Assembly: GCA_046319055.1 (NCBI GenBank)
Contig: JBKCTK010000004.1
Span: 1 to 49,592, forward strand
Reading direction: 5' to 3'
Length of the DNA: 49,592 bases
Source of the DNA: Synechococcaceae cyanobacterium
Lineage (GTDB): Bacteria; Cyanobacteriota; Cyanobacteriia; PCC-6307; Cyanobiaceae
The translations under genes and the position numbers were made by a program. Of the stretch, positions 1-11,180 are shown piece after piece; position 1 is the first letter of the stretch; each line of letters starts with the position of its first letter. A model generated the notes under the pieces. It had not been told where the DNA came from. It saw only the letters and a list, made by a program, of their open reading frames with translations, and searched no databases.

Positions 1-1797
1 ATCGTGCGCTGTTGGGGGATCCGCCTCCTCCGGCGGCAGGGGATCATCGCCCTCGCCCGGTTCATAGATCTGCACCGGCTCGCCATCGAACTCGGGATCG
101 GCGAAGTGGTGGCTGGCCTTGCGGAAATCCACCAAGGTGAAATACAGCTTTTGGCTGTCGGCATGCACGCGGGTGCCGCGGCCCACGATCTGCTTGAACT
201 CGGTCATCGAGCCCACCTCCCGATCGAGCACGATCAGCCGGCAGGTCTGGGCATCGACGCCGGTGGACAGCAGCCGCGAGGTTGTGACGATCACCGGGTA
301 GGGCTCCAGCGGATCGATGAAGTTGTCGAGTTGCTTCAGGCCTTCCTCGTCATTGCCGGTGATGCGCATCACGTAGTGGCGGTTGGCCTGCACCAGATCC
401 TGGTTTTCATTGATCAACGCCTGGCGCATCAGCAGGGCGTGTTCGGTGTCCACGCAGAACACGATCGTTTTCTGCATGCGATCACCGCTGGCCTTGAGAT
501 AATCGCTGATCCAGCGCGCCACCCGGCGGGTGCGTGCATCGATCACCAGCACCCGGTCGAAATCCTTCTGGTTGTAGAGGCGATCTTCGATCTCCACGCC
601 GCGATCATCCAGTTCCCCCGGCTTTGGGCGGTACCCGTCCACATCCAGATCGAGATGCACGCGGATCACCTTATAAGGCGCCAGGAAGCCATCGCGAATG
701 CCCTGCTTGAGCGAATAGGTGTAGAGCGGTTCGCCGAAATACTCGATATTCGAAACATATTTTGTTTCCTTCGGCGTGGCGGTGAGGCCGATCTGGGTGG
801 CGGCGCTGAAATACTCCAGGATCTCGCGCCAGGCCGAATCTTCAGCGGCGCTGCCGCGGTGGCATTCATCCACCACGATCCAGTCAAAGACATCAGGCGC
901 GAACTCCTTGAAGAGCTTATGGCGCTCCTCCGGCCCGGTGAGGGCCTGGTACAGCCCCAGGTAAATCTCATGGGATTTGTTGATCTGGCGCTGGCGGTTC
1001 AGGGCGATCGCGATCGTCTCCAGGGTGCCATCAGCCCGCTCGATCGTTTTCGAGGCGGTGCTCAGCTTCGCCATCGCCGATCCGAAGGGCCGGAAGTCGT
1101 TCACCATCGTCTGGTTCACCAGCACATTGCGATCCGCCAGAAACAGAATCCGCTGCTTCTGCCGCGCCTTCCAGAGCCGCCAGATGATCTGAAAGGCGGT
1201 ATAGGTTTTGCCGGTGCCGGTGGCCATCACCAGCAGGATGCGCGGCTGGCCCCGGGTGATCGCCTCCACCGTGGCCTGGATGGCGTTCACCTGGTAATAG
1301 CGCGGCTCTTTGCGGCTGCCGCCGTCGTAATAGGGCTGTAGCACCACCTTCTCCTGCTGGGGCGTGAAGCCCTTCCAGCGGCTGTAGCGGCGCCAGAGCT
1401 CCTCCGGGCTGGGGAACGCCTCCAGGGTCAGGGAGGTTTCCCGCTGCTCGCTCTGGCTGGTGCGGTCGTGCCACACAAACCCGTCGCCGTTGCTGGCGAA
1501 CACGAAGGGCGTCTGCAAGGCATCGGCATAGGCCAGGGCCTGCTGCAGCCCGTCACCGATGGCATGGGTGTTGTCTTTCGCCTCGATCACCGCCAGCGGC
1601 ACGCCTTCGTAGACCAACAGGTAGTCGGCCCGCTTGCGCCGGCCCCGGCTCACCAGCCGCCCACGCACGATGATGCGGCCATCGGTGAACGAATACTCCC
1701 GCCGCATCTGCTCCCGCAACCAGCCGGCCCGCTGCAGCGCCGGCGTGATGAAGCGGTCGCAGATCTCGGTTTCGCTGAGCTGGCGCTTGCTGATCAC
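1..1797 (-). CDS. hsdR: Type I restriction enzyme R subunit (EcoEI/EcoAI-like HsdR); 3' end runs off the window
   Basis: Not in the ORF track; translated by hand from GTG at 1797: [32 protein letters not shown] (nuclease motifs), [12 protein letters not shown] (Walker A), VVDECHRGS (DExH), [21 protein letters not shown]. The frame stays open to base 1. Confidence 0.93.
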   Translation of the reverse strand, partial: MISKRQLSETEICDRFITPALQRAGWLREQMRREYSFTDGRIIVRGRLVSRGRRKRADYLLVYEGVPLAVIEAKDNTHAIGDGLQQALAYADALQTPFVFASNGDGFVWHDRTSQSEQRETSLTLEAFPSPEELWRRYSRWKGFTPQQEKVVLQPYYDGGSRKEPRYYQVNAIQATVEAITRGQPRILLVMATGTGKTYTAFQIIWRLWKARQKQRILFLADRNVLVNQTMVNDFRPFGSAMAKLSTASKTIERADGTLETIAIALNRQRQINKSHEIYLGLYQALTGPEERHKLFKEFAPDVFDWIVVDECHRGSAAEDSAWREILEYFSAATQIGLTATPKETKYVSNIEYFGEPLYTYSLKQGIRDGFLAPYKVIRVHLDLDVDGYRPKPGELDDRGVEIEDRLYNQKDFDRVLVIDARTRRVARWISDYLKASGDRMQKTIVFCVDTEHALLMRQALINENQDLVQANRHYVMRITGNDEEGLKQLDNFIDPLEPYPVIVTTSRLLSTGVDAQTCRLIVLDREVGSMTEFKQIVGRGTRVHADSQKLYFTLVDFRKASHHFADPEFDGEPVQIYEPGEGDDPLPPEEADPPTAHD

Positions 1798-1978
1798 CCG
1801 GCCACCGCGGCGGAATGGCGCTGATTCTGAAGCGGCGATGCCAGTCGCACCAGCGGCGGCCTCGACGACGGGGCCCCAGGTTGGCCGACGCGGCTGGGAT
1901 GGGCCGGCGCGGTCGAGGTTGGGCTGGCGTCCTGGGTGGCGCCGGGCTGGGGGATGATCAAGGCGGCGACAGCTGCCG

Positions 1979-2749
1979 ATGACCCCTGCCGACCTGCTGC
2001 TGCAGCTGGGCCTGTTCGGCGCGGCGCTGGTGGCCAATCTGCTCTCCGCCTTGGCCGGCGGCGGTGCCGGGCTGGTGCAGTTGCCGGTGTTGATCCTGCT
2101 GGGCTTGAACTTCCCGCTGGCCCTGGCCACCCACAAACTGGCCAGCGTCGCGTTAGGGGTGGGCGCGACCTTGCGCCATGCCCGCGAGCGCTCGCTCAAC
2201 CCGCGCTTGGCGGGCTTCATCCTTGCCTGCGGGCTGCCCGGGGTGGTGCTGGGGGCCCATGTGGTGCTGAGCCTGCCGCCCAAGCTCTGCACCCTGGTGC
2301 TGGGGCTACTCACGATCGGCTTGGGCTGCTACTCCCTGTCCCGGCCCCAGCTAGGGGTGGGCGCCACACCCCAAACGCTCACGACCCCACGGCTGGTGCT
2401 GGGGGGCCTGGGGCTGTTCGCCATCGGCGTGCTCAACGGTTCCCTCACCTCCGGCACCGGCCTGTTCGTAACCCTCTGGCTGGTGCGCTGGTTCGGCCTC
2501 GACTACAGCCGCGCCGTGGCCTACACCTTGATCTTGGTGGGGCTGTTCTGGAACGGTGCCGGCGCCATTGCCCTTGGCAGCCAGGGGCAGATCGCCTGGG
2601 GCTGGCTGCCGATGCTGCTGAGCGGCTCGGTGGCCGGTGGCTACCTGGGTGCCCACCTGGCGATCGCCCGCGGCAGCCGCTTGGTGAAACGGGCCTTTGA
2701 GGCGCTGGCCCTGCTGATGGGGGCCTCGCTGCTGCTGAAAAGTGTCTGA
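1979..2749 (+). CDS. Sulfite exporter TauE/SafE family membrane protein
   Basis: 256 aa, about 8 TM helices, N-terminal [14 protein letters not shown] and a duplicated internal NGSLTSGTG motif. Confidence 0.85.
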   Translation: MTPADLLLQLGLFGAALVANLLSALAGGGAGLVQLPVLILLGLNFPLALATHKLASVALGVGATLRHARERSLNPRLAGFILACGLPGVVLGAHVVLSLPPKLCTLVLGLLTIGLGCYSLSRPQLGVGATPQTLTTPRLVLGGLGLFAIGVLNGSLTSGTGLFVTLWLVRWFGLDYSRAVAYTLILVGLFWNGAGAIALGSQGQIAWGWLPMLLSGSVAGGYLGAHLAIARGSRLVKRAFEALALLMGASLLLKSV

Positions 2750-3803
2750 ACAGGCCTTGGCCCAGCCTCGTGGAACCCCGCCGCCCCTGAGGGCCAAGCG
2801 TGGCTCTGCCCGCGGGCGGCTGGGGCCGAGCGTCCCTGAAATGCCCGTGAGGATGAGAAATGCGCACGACATCGCCAAGATCAAGACGGATTTGCCGCCA
2901 TACGGCGCCTCGCTCGTCAGACTGGTAACCCTTGCTCAGGGGCGCTTCCCGTCGGCCCCCTGGGGTTCCACCGCCGTTGGTCGCGATGAGGCAGCCAACG
3001 AGGCCTGGCTACGGCGCGAAAACTCCATGGGGATGGGTTGGTCGTCCTCGGCGCCTGTAGCCCGCATTTCGGCAGGGAAGGACCAGCGCGTTCTGGGATC
3101 CCAACCGCCGGCCTGGCGAAGCCTGTTGCACGGGCAGTTGCGACGAGATGCAGCCCAACAGCGTGCTGCCGCCGGCGCTGCCGAGTGGGCGTGGTGCCGC
3201 CGCCAGGTGTTCAGAGGGAACCGGGAAACCAGCTGTCCCAACTGGCTTCTGCGGCCACAGGGAGATCCTGCGGCGCTGCTGGACCCTCTACAGCATGGGT
3301 GGGTGAGGGCTCTCGTCTTTGAGCCATCCCTTTCAGGACAACTCCCGGCTGATGCGCGGAGCTCAGCAGAGGCAAGGAAGCCTGGGTCCTAGCGCCTGCG
3401 GATTCGAAGCGACTGTGGATGGGCGAGGCCCCAACCAGCGACACCGCCACACCCCGCCCGCAACTGACTAGCGCAAACCGTTATGCCGACGGCGATGGAT
3501 AGCAAGACATAAACCAGTTGAAGTGCATCAATGCGATGTGGTTACACCACCAAGGCCTTGAGGCTCCAGCCGCCAAACTCGGGGACCAACCACTGCAATA
3601 TCGACGGTCGGTTTGCCGGCTCCGCGCCGATCCAAACGCAACGCCTGGCCCCAACGGGCCCTGATCGCAGAGCGGGATTTCGAGGGGGGACCGAATCAAG
3701 CCGTGGTAAAGTCCATGCTCAGAAGCAACCCTGTACTCCCTTAACGTTTAAAGGCTCTGCCATGCATCTAGGATCTTATGAATTAAGCGTCAAGCGAGCA
3801 CGC

Positions 3804-5159
3804 ATGGGCTGGCTGCAAAATTTTTTAGGGATGCAAGCCCTCTCGGATCGCATGCGCTGGCGACGGGACAGGGCGCGCAATGCTCGCCTAACGGTTATTT
3901 CTCAGTTCTTCCCTCCTGACTTCGCAGCCACCGGTCAGTTTGTTGACGATCTCTCACGGCGGCTCGCCGAACGAGGCCTGCAGATCTTGGTCTTGACCGG
4001 CCAGCCCGGGTATGCCTATCACTCGGATCGCGCTGATCGCATCGAATTTCAACACAATCGCTGCATTCGCCGAACCTCCATCTCACGATTTTGGCCCACC
4101 CGGATTCGCGGCCGAGTCGTGAATAGCCTGCTGTTTTGCATGCGTACCGCCCTGCGCCTTTTACGACAGGCGCGGCGCGGCGATCTGCTGCTCTTCACCA
4201 CCGAGCCTCCCTATCTTCCGATCGTGGGCTGGTTGATCTTTCTGCTGACCAGAGCCCCCTATATCGTGCTCATCTATGACCTCTACCCAGATATTGCCGT
4301 TTCCCTCGATGTTGTCTCCAACTCCCATCCAATGGTGAGAGTTTGGCGATGGCTGCATACCCAAACCTTCGCCTCGGCCCAGGAGCTGATCGTCTTATCA
4401 GACTCCATGCGCGACCGAATCAAGGAGCATTACCCAGAGGTTAAGACTCGGATCAGCGTCATTCCCAGCTGGGCCGATCCCGCCAAGATCAAGCCAATTC
4501 AACGCTCTAAAAACTGGTTTATTCAGCGCCATGACCTCCACGATTTCTTCACTGTAATCTATTCTGGAAATCAGGGTCGCTGCCATGATCTGACGACAGT
4601 GATGGATGCCGCTGAGCAGCTTAGAAACCACCCAAAAGTGCGCTTTCTCATCATCGGCTCCGGCGCCCAACACCGTGAGCTGGTCGACAGAGCTACTGCA
4701 CAGAAACTATCCAATGTTCGGTTTCTTCCCTATCAAGATGCCGAGGCATTGCCGGCCATGCTCGCCGCCGCCGACCTTGCGGTGGTGAGCCTTCTCGCCG
4801 CTGCCGAAGGTCAGGTTGCACCGAGCAAGCTCTATGGCCACCTTGCCGCTGGCTCGCCTCTGGCGGTGATCTGCTCAGAGGTTTCTTATCTTCATCGCGA
4901 AGTTGTAAAGGCCGGTTGCGGCAACAGCTTCCGTACGGGTGAAGGCGAGAAACTCGCCGCCTGGATTGAGCAGCTTGCCGCGGATCCGGAGCTGTGTCAA
5001 AGGCTCGGGCATGCCAGCCGGCGCCATCTGTTGGCCACGGCCACCCCCGAACTGGTGGTTCAAGCCTATGCAGAGGTTCTGGCTCGCCACTTGCCGCTTG
5101 GCCAGAAGACCTACGCCCCACCGCTGAACCATCAAGCCATCCCCCTGCCGCGGCCCTAA
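3804..5159 (+). CDS. Glycosyltransferase family 4 (WcaI/WbuB-like)
   Basis: SQFFPPDFAATG, YDLYPD, YSGNQGRCHD and PSKLYG motifs. Start uncertain (in-frame ATGs at 3762, 3804, 3831). Confidence 0.88.
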   Translation: MGWLQNFLGMQALSDRMRWRRDRARNARLTVISQFFPPDFAATGQFVDDLSRRLAERGLQILVLTGQPGYAYHSDRADRIEFQHNRCIRRTSISRFWPTRIRGRVVNSLLFCMRTALRLLRQARRGDLLLFTTEPPYLPIVGWLIFLLTRAPYIVLIYDLYPDIAVSLDVVSNSHPMVRVWRWLHTQTFASAQELIVLSDSMRDRIKEHYPEVKTRISVIPSWADPAKIKPIQRSKNWFIQRHDLHDFFTVIYSGNQGRCHDLTTVMDAAEQLRNHPKVRFLIIGSGAQHRELVDRATAQKLSNVRFLPYQDAEALPAMLAAADLAVVSLLAAAEGQVAPSKLYGHLAAGSPLAVICSEVSYLHREVVKAGCGNSFRTGEGEKLAAWIEQLAADPELCQRLGHASRRHLLATATPELVVQAYAEVLARHLPLGQKTYAPPLNHQAIPLPRP

Positions 5160-5554
5160 AGCTGGACCAATCTGATCAGCATCGCGGTGCTGAAACCGGC
5201 TGCAGCAAGGATTTGCCCCCACGCAGCCGCCCGCGGCCTGCGGCAACCATGGCCTTGCGCCGGCACCAGCGACGCAGCAGGGCAGCCGAAGGCTCAGTGA
5301 CCTCGCCTCGGACCCTTCGTCAGCGGTCGACTGAAGCTAAGCGCCGCTGCAGCCCTGCCGCGGGCTAAAGCGAGGCCAAAACGCCGGGAGGTCTCCAGAC
5401 TGGGAGCAACAACCCAGCCCTCTGCTGGGTCCGTTCGCATCAGCCCAATCCGCAACCACGAGATCTGCGACCGAGCCACGAACGCTCCCCCCTGCGCATT
5501 CAACCCCCATGCCCAGGCGAGCTCCCCGCAGGACCTGAACCCGCCACCCTCCCG

Positions 5555-6460
5555 ATGACGCGACTCGACATCAGCCAACGGGCCCGCAGCTTCTGCGCCC
5601 CGTTCCGCGTCAGCGACGGCAGCGGCTTTCGCCTGAAAGCCTGCGATCCAAGCAGCACCCTTCACCTGGATCCCTCGAACAAGGCAAGGGCGGCGGAGCT
5701 GCTGCAGGAAGGCGTTGCGCTGCTCTCGGAACTGCAGGACATGCTCTATGCCCAGGATCGTTGGGCGCTGCTGCTGGTGTTTCAGGCGATGGATGCGGCC
5801 GGCAAGGACAGCACCATCAAGCATGTGATGAGCGGCGTCAACCCCCAGGGCTGCCAGGTGAGCTCCTTCAAGGCCCCCAGCGATGAGGATCTCGATCACG
5901 ATTTCCTCTGGCGTTGTCAGCGGCAGTTACCGGAGCGTGGGCGCATCGGCATCTTCAACCGCAGCTACTACGAGGAAACCCTGGTGGTGCGGGTGCATCC
6001 GGAATTGCTGGAGCGTCAGAAGCTGCCGCGGAATCTGGTGGGGCCCCAGATCTGGAAGCAACGCTTTCGGGATATCCGCCACTTCGAGAGTTATCTGAGC
6101 GGTAACGGCATCGTCGTGCGCAAGTTCTTCCTGCATGTGTCGCCTGAGGAACAGAAACGGCGCCTCCTCAAACGCCTGGATGAGCCAGAGAAACATTGGA
6201 AGTTTTCGGCGGCTGATGTGCGCGAGCGCCACCATTGGCAGGCCTACATGGAGGCCTATGAGGAGCTTATTCAGCACACCTCTACAGAGCAAGCTCCCTG
6301 GTATGTGGTGCCTGCGGATCACAAGTGGTTCACCCGGTTGGTGGTCGCCGCCGCCGTGATCGACAGCCTGCTCTCGCTCAACCTGCACGACCCGCAAGTC
6401 AGCGACGTCGACCGACAGAAGCTGGAGGCCGCCCGCCGGGAGCTGCAGGGGGAGGGTTGA
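5555..6460 (+). CDS. ppk2: Polyphosphate kinase 2 family protein (polyP:AMP/ADP phosphotransferase type)
   Basis: QAMDAAGKDSTIKHV (Walker A), FNRSYYE, KFFLHVS, WYVVPADHKW. Confidence 0.93.
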   Translation: MTRLDISQRARSFCAPFRVSDGSGFRLKACDPSSTLHLDPSNKARAAELLQEGVALLSELQDMLYAQDRWALLLVFQAMDAAGKDSTIKHVMSGVNPQGCQVSSFKAPSDEDLDHDFLWRCQRQLPERGRIGIFNRSYYEETLVVRVHPELLERQKLPRNLVGPQIWKQRFRDIRHFESYLSGNGIVVRKFFLHVSPEEQKRRLLKRLDEPEKHWKFSAADVRERHHWQAYMEAYEELIQHTSTEQAPWYVVPADHKWFTRLVVAAAVIDSLLSLNLHDPQVSDVDRQKLEAARRELQGEG

Positions 6461-6491
6461 GGCTCGAAACGATCTGAAGCTCCTGGTCAGT

Positions 6492-6515
6492 GCTGGTGGC
6501 GCCACCGCCACCAGC
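6492..6515 (+). terminator. GC-rich hairpin downstream of ppk2 (possible terminator or stabiliser)
   Basis: GCTGGTGGCG-ccac-CGCCACCAGC perfect 10-bp stem, no U-tract. Confidence 0.35.
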
Positions 6516-6883
6516 TCAACACCACCCCTCAGTGCAGGTTGTTCCACATCGTTTGGCCTCACGAGCTTCTCTGTCTTGATCCAAGAGCGACGAAGGACGT
6601 CACGACGTGGTCAGGGTGATCAAGAAACACCCTGATTGGGTGCATCGGCCGCGTTATCGGTCCTTTGGTGCTGATCAAAGGGCTGCACTCAGGTGCTCCC
6701 CAGCGAGGCGTTACCCGGTTCCCCCCGGTGGCGAAGTGCAGCCGCACCGCCTGGAGCCGACGCTGTGAGCCGGGCGCAACAGCCCGCTGGCCCGATGGCC
6801 TGTCCGGCGGCTTCCCAGACGCCAGGCCGGATCGGGGGCCGCCGCTGCTTAGCGTGACTTGACGCTCTCCCGGCCCGGGCGCG

Positions 6884-8137
6884 ATGCACCCCTTCCTCTC
6901 GCGCCGACACCTGCTGATCCTGCCCCTCTGGCTAGCAACCTCCCTCGCCTCGACCTGGCCCGGCGGCCAGGCCCTGGCGAGCCCCGCAGCGCCAACGCCG
7001 AGCAGGGCCGACACCCGGCCAGCGGCTCCTGCGCAGTGCGCTGCCGCCCAGGCCAAGATCGGCGCCCAAGCCAAGCGACTCCTGGCCGCCGCCCCCCGCC
7101 TGCAGGCCCTGCTGCTGGGCGAGATCCACACCAGCGCCGCCGACCACGCCTGGCAACGCGCCAGCCTGGAGGCGTTGGCCCAGCAGGGCAGACCGCTGTT
7201 GCTGGGCCTGGAGATGGTGCCGGCGGCTCGCCAGGCCGCACTCGATCGCTACAGCGCCGGCCAACTGGATGAGGCGGCGTTCTTGGAGCAGGTGGGCTGG
7301 GCGGAGGTGTGGGGTCACGACCCGGATCTCTACCTGCCGCTGCTGCGCTGGGCCCGCCTGCGGCGCGTGCCCCTGCTGGCCCTCAACGCCGAACCGGAGC
7401 TGGTGCGGCGCGTGCGGCGCCAGGGGCTAGCGGCGCTGCCCGCCGCGCAGCGGCCGGGGATCGGCCAGCCCGCACCCGCCAGCAGCGCCGATCGCCAGCG
7501 GTTGGAGGCCGCCTGGCGCGAGCATGGCGGCGCCCCCCAACCGCGAACCGCGGCGGCGGCGAACGATCTGGAGCACTTCATCGACAGCCAGTTGCTGCGT
7601 GACCGGGCCATGGCCGAAGCCATCGCCACCGCCCAGCGGCGCGATCCACGGCGGCTGGTGGTGGCCTTGATCGGCCAAGGCCACCTCAGCGTCGCGGACG
7701 GCGACAGTGACGGAGTGCCGCGTCAGTTGAAGGCCCTGGGCCTCAACGCCGTGCTCAGCCTCCAGCGCGTGGCCTTGCCGGTGGGCTGTGGCCCCGCCCC
7801 GGCCGGAGCCCGGCTGGGGGCCTACCTCGAAAGCGAAGCCGGGGCGGTGTGGGTGCGACGGGTGGCACCGGGTTCAGCCGCCGCCGCCGCCGGCCTGCGG
7901 CCCGGCGACCGCATCGTCGAGGTGAACGGCACAGCGGTGGACCGTGCCGGCCAGGTGATCCGGCGGGTGCGGCTGCACCCCCAGGCTGAGCCGCTGCGCT
8001 TGACGATCGAACGGGGCGGCCAGCGCCGGCATTTGGAGCTCAGCCTGCCAGCCCGCAACGATCCCCAACAGGCCAGCAGGGACAATGGCGATCCGGCCCC
8101 CCATCCGGTTCTTCGCTCCGCCTTGAGTCCTCCATGA
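6884..8137 (+). CDS. ChaN-family (haem/iron uptake-like) exported protein with C-terminal PDZ domain
   Basis: Signal peptide; LLLGEIH, LGLEMV, YLPLL, LLALN, QLLRDRAMA, LIGQGH; PDZ segment VRRVAPGSAAAAAGLRPGDRIVEVNG. Confidence 0.8.
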   Translation: MHPFLSRRHLLILPLWLATSLASTWPGGQALASPAAPTPSRADTRPAAPAQCAAAQAKIGAQAKRLLAAAPRLQALLLGEIHTSAADHAWQRASLEALAQQGRPLLLGLEMVPAARQAALDRYSAGQLDEAAFLEQVGWAEVWGHDPDLYLPLLRWARLRRVPLLALNAEPELVRRVRRQGLAALPAAQRPGIGQPAPASSADRQRLEAAWREHGGAPQPRTAAAANDLEHFIDSQLLRDRAMAEAIATAQRRDPRRLVVALIGQGHLSVADGDSDGVPRQLKALGLNAVLSLQRVALPVGCGPAPAGARLGAYLESEAGAVWVRRVAPGSAAAAAGLRPGDRIVEVNGTAVDRAGQVIRRVRLHPQAEPLRLTIERGGQRRHLELSLPARNDPQQASRDNGDPAPHPVLRSALSPP

Positions 8138-8796
8138 CCGCCAGCCCCTCCGGTTCCAGCCCTGCCGCGCTGCGCAGCCCGGGGGCCGCCACCAACATCG
8201 TGTGGCATCACTCCACCGTGACCCGGGCGGCCCGGGCCCATCAACGCGGCCATCGCAGCGCCATCCTCTGGTTCACGGGCCTCTCGGGCGCCGGCAAAAG
8301 CACCCTGGCGAACGCCGTGAACTCGGCCCTGTTCGAGCAGGGGTTGGCCTGTTACGTGCTCGATGGCGACAATGTGCGCCACGGCCTCTGCCGCGACCTG
8401 GGCTTCTCCGATGCCGACCGCGAGGAGAACATTCGCCGCATCGGCGAGGTGGCCAAGCTGTTCCTCGATGCGGGCGTGGTGGTGCTCACCGCGTTTGTCT
8501 CACCCTTCCGCGCCGACCGCGATCGCGCCCGCTCCCTGGTGGAGGCGGGAGACTTCATCGAGATCCATTGCGCCGCTGATCTGGGGGTGTGCGAGCAACG
8601 GGACACCAAGGGGCTCTACGCCAAGGCCCGCGCCGGCGAGATCAAGGAGTTCACCGGCATCTCCAGCCCATATGAAGAACCGGAGCACCCCGAGCTGCGC
8701 ATCGACACCGGCAGCCAAGACCTGGAGACGTGCGTCGAGCAGGTTCTGGCCCACTTGCAGCGGGCCTGCCTGATTCCCGCCCCCAGCGACGACTGA
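8134..8796 (+). CDS. cysC: Adenylyl-sulfate kinase
   Basis: WFTGLSGAGKSTLA, LDGDNVRHGL, DREENIRRIGEV, FTGISSPYEEP; ATGA overlap with the upstream gene. Confidence 0.97.
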   Translation: MTASPSGSSPAALRSPGAATNIVWHHSTVTRAARAHQRGHRSAILWFTGLSGAGKSTLANAVNSALFEQGLACYVLDGDNVRHGLCRDLGFSDADREENIRRIGEVAKLFLDAGVVVLTAFVSPFRADRDRARSLVEAGDFIEIHCAADLGVCEQRDTKGLYAKARAGEIKEFTGISSPYEEPEHPELRIDTGSQDLETCVEQVLAHLQRACLIPAPSDD

Positions 8797-8990
8797 GGCT
8801 TGCTGGAGCTCCTGCGGCAAGGTCCCTGCAGCCCGAGACCGGGCTGATGCTTTTAGGCCCCCGCCTGGTTGCTGCACGCGGTGGATCCCAGCGCCAGCGA
8901 CGAGCCCCGGGTGGCCGTGAGCTTCAACCCGGGGATGCGGGCCGCGGCTGGGGATCGCTGCGGCGGCGAAAAGCAGCTCGACGCGGATCG

Positions 8991-10070
8991 CTAGCTGCCC
9001 CTATTGGAGAGTTCCTGGGCCCGCAGCCGCTGGGCCCAGGCATCGAGGAAGGTTTTGCCGCAACTGGCCACCGGCACCGCCAGGAGCAAGCCGAGCAGCT
9101 CCCCCAGCCCCAGCAGGCTGGCCAGCCGGGCGCCGATCGGCAAGGCGATCAGCAGCCAAGCGGGTTGCAACCCCACGATGCTGCCCATCAAGCGGGGCTG
9201 GATGACCTGGTCCACCACCTGCCCCACGGTGATCGACGCCGCCAACACCTCCAGCCCCTGGCGCGGATCCTGCAGAGCGAGCAACAGGGCCACCAGCACG
9301 ATCGTGAGCGCACTGGCGTAGGGAATCAGCGTGGTAAAGCCGATCGCCACGGCAAATAGCACGCCATAGGGAATGCTCAACAGGGTGAACACCAGCATCT
9401 GCAAGCTGGAGAGGATCAGAGCCAGCAGCACCTGGCCGCCGAAGTAGCCGGTGAAGGTGCGTTGCAGCGTGCCCAGCACCAAGGGCCGCGCCGCTGGCGG
9501 CAACCAACCCGCCAGCCCCTCGACCGTGCGCTCGCCTCCGAGCAGCAGAAACACGGTGAGCACCAGCACAATCACGGTGTTGACGGTGATCCCGAGGGTG
9601 GCCCCGAGCAGGCCGAGCAGCCGCTGGCTGAGCTGGCTGGCGATCTTGCTGGCGCGGCTGAGCAGGTCGCTGCTCAGATCGCCGAAATCGGTGGGCAGCC
9701 CGCGGCTGGAGGCCCACTGCTGCAGCTGATCCAGCAGGGTTTCCCCCTGCGCCAACCAACCTGGCAAGGCGGTGATCAGCTCATCGAGCTGCAGCACCAG
9801 CCGTGGCAACAGCCACAGGGCCGCCAACACCACAGCGCCGAGGCCCAGACCCAACACCAACAGCAATGCCAACGGCCGCGGCACCCCCCGGCGCACGAGC
9901 CAGCGGCTGGGGATATCCAGCAGGAAAGCCAGCAACGCCGCAGTCAGGAACAGGGCCGGGAATGGCGCCAAGGGCAGCAGCAGCTGGCGCAGCACCCAAA
10001 GGTTCAACACCAACAAAGGCAACGCCAGGCCAAAGCGCAGCCAAGGGGGCAGCACCAGCCGCTCAAGCAT
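8991..10070 (-). CDS. AI-2E family transporter
   Basis: Multi-TM protein with YFGGQ, LIPY, DQVIQPRLMG..VGLQP, GLLLAVP; ATG at 10070 preferred over the ORF-track start. Confidence 0.88.
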   Translation of the reverse strand: MLERLVLPPWLRFGLALPLLVLNLWVLRQLLLPLAPFPALFLTAALLAFLLDIPSRWLVRRGVPRPLALLLVLGLGLGAVVLAALWLLPRLVLQLDELITALPGWLAQGETLLDQLQQWASSRGLPTDFGDLSSDLLSRASKIASQLSQRLLGLLGATLGITVNTVIVLVLTVFLLLGGERTVEGLAGWLPPAARPLVLGTLQRTFTGYFGGQVLLALILSSLQMLVFTLLSIPYGVLFAVAIGFTTLIPYASALTIVLVALLLALQDPRQGLEVLAASITVGQVVDQVIQPRLMGSIVGLQPAWLLIALPIGARLASLLGLGELLGLLLAVPVASCGKTFLDAWAQRLRAQELSNRGS

Positions 10071-10149
10071 GAAGACGGGGCCGCGGCGGCGGCGGCAAAG
10101 GTTGTGGTTTGAATGTAGGCGGGGCGGGCTGCCGTGCGGCGCAACCGCC

Positions 10150-10905
10150 TCACTGCAGGGCCGAGCGAAAGGCCGCTGTGCTGAGGATTGAAGCGTTATG
10201 GTCCAGACCAGCCAGCACCACCAACTCGGCGATGCCAGGTTGGAAGGAGCGCTGCAGCACTTGGGCATGGCGCGGCGGCACCACGGTGTCGTTCGCGGCC
10301 GCCAGGAGTGTGGTGGGAGCCTTTACCTGGGGCGCTTCTGCGGCGGCATTCCAACGATCGCGCAGCAGCAGGTCCACCGGCAACCAGGGCATGGTGCGGC
10401 GAGCCACCGCCAGCAGGCTGTCGAAGGGCACGAGCAACACGAGCCGCCCCACGGGCTGGGTGGCGGCCAGATGCACGGCGGGGCCCGTGCCGAGGCTGCG
10501 GCCCACCACGGTGATGGCGCTGTGGCGCTGGGCCACATGGGCATAGAGCGCCTGGGCATCGGCGCGAATGGCAGCCTCGCTGGGGGAACCCTCGCTGCCG
10601 CCGTAGCCCCGGTAGTGGAGCAGATACAGGGCGACATCGGGGAGAAGGGCGGCCAGATCCGCACGGGTGCGGGACACATCCTCGGCGTTGCCGCCGAAGT
10701 AGATCAGGGCCTGGGCTCCGGGGTTGGGGCGCTGGGCCACGAGTACCTTGGTGCCGGCCACCCGCAGCGTCAGTTTGCTGGTGGTATCAGCGGCGGGCTG
10801 GGGGGAATAGATGAAGGAGCGCTGGGTGGCGCCCATCAGCAGGCAAACACCGCCATAGGCCAACACCAGCCCACCAGCCCCGCCGAGCCATGGCACGATC
10901 GTCAT
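10150..10905 (-). CDS. Alpha/beta hydrolase (ABHD/BEM46-like) with N-terminal anchor
   Basis: YFGGNAED, YRGYGGSEG, nucleophile elbow GRSLG, D..V and H (DHN) triad residues. Confidence 0.88.
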   Translation of the reverse strand: MTIVPWLGGAGGLVLAYGGVCLLMGATQRSFIYSPQPAADTTSKLTLRVAGTKVLVAQRPNPGAQALIYFGGNAEDVSRTRADLAALLPDVALYLLHYRGYGGSEGSPSEAAIRADAQALYAHVAQRHSAITVVGRSLGTGPAVHLAATQPVGRLVLLVPFDSLLAVARRTMPWLPVDLLLRDRWNAAAEAPQVKAPTTLLAAANDTVVPPRHAQVLQRSFQPGIAELVVLAGLDHNASILSTAAFRSALQ

Positions 10906-11180
10906 CGCTCAAGCTGCACAAACCGGAATCCTGTCACCTATTGGGGCCGGGGTCAGATCCGTAGTCCCATCGTCCCCGCTCCCGTCGACTGTGATCCCAT
11001 GGCCCATCTCTCAGTGGAAAATCGCAGAAGGTACTGGTGGACAATTCAAAGAAACTCCGAACAACTCCCTTAGGACGCTGCGGGCATCGGAGGATACCGG
11101 CAGATCCGCAAGCGGGCGGAGCGGAGATCGGATCCTTAGAGATCCTCGGAAACACTCAATATCATTCTGCCAAGGAAAAA

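Noticed and set aside
4-1341. 445-aa plus-strand ORF
   Set aside because: In-register antisense shadow of hsdR. The same applies to most long overlapping ORFs in this GC-rich window (e.g. 23401-24333, 30209-31585, 32433-33494).
2742-3760. ORFs between tauE and the glycosyltransferase
   Set aside because: No recognisable domain or coding-like composition; treated as intergenic or relic.
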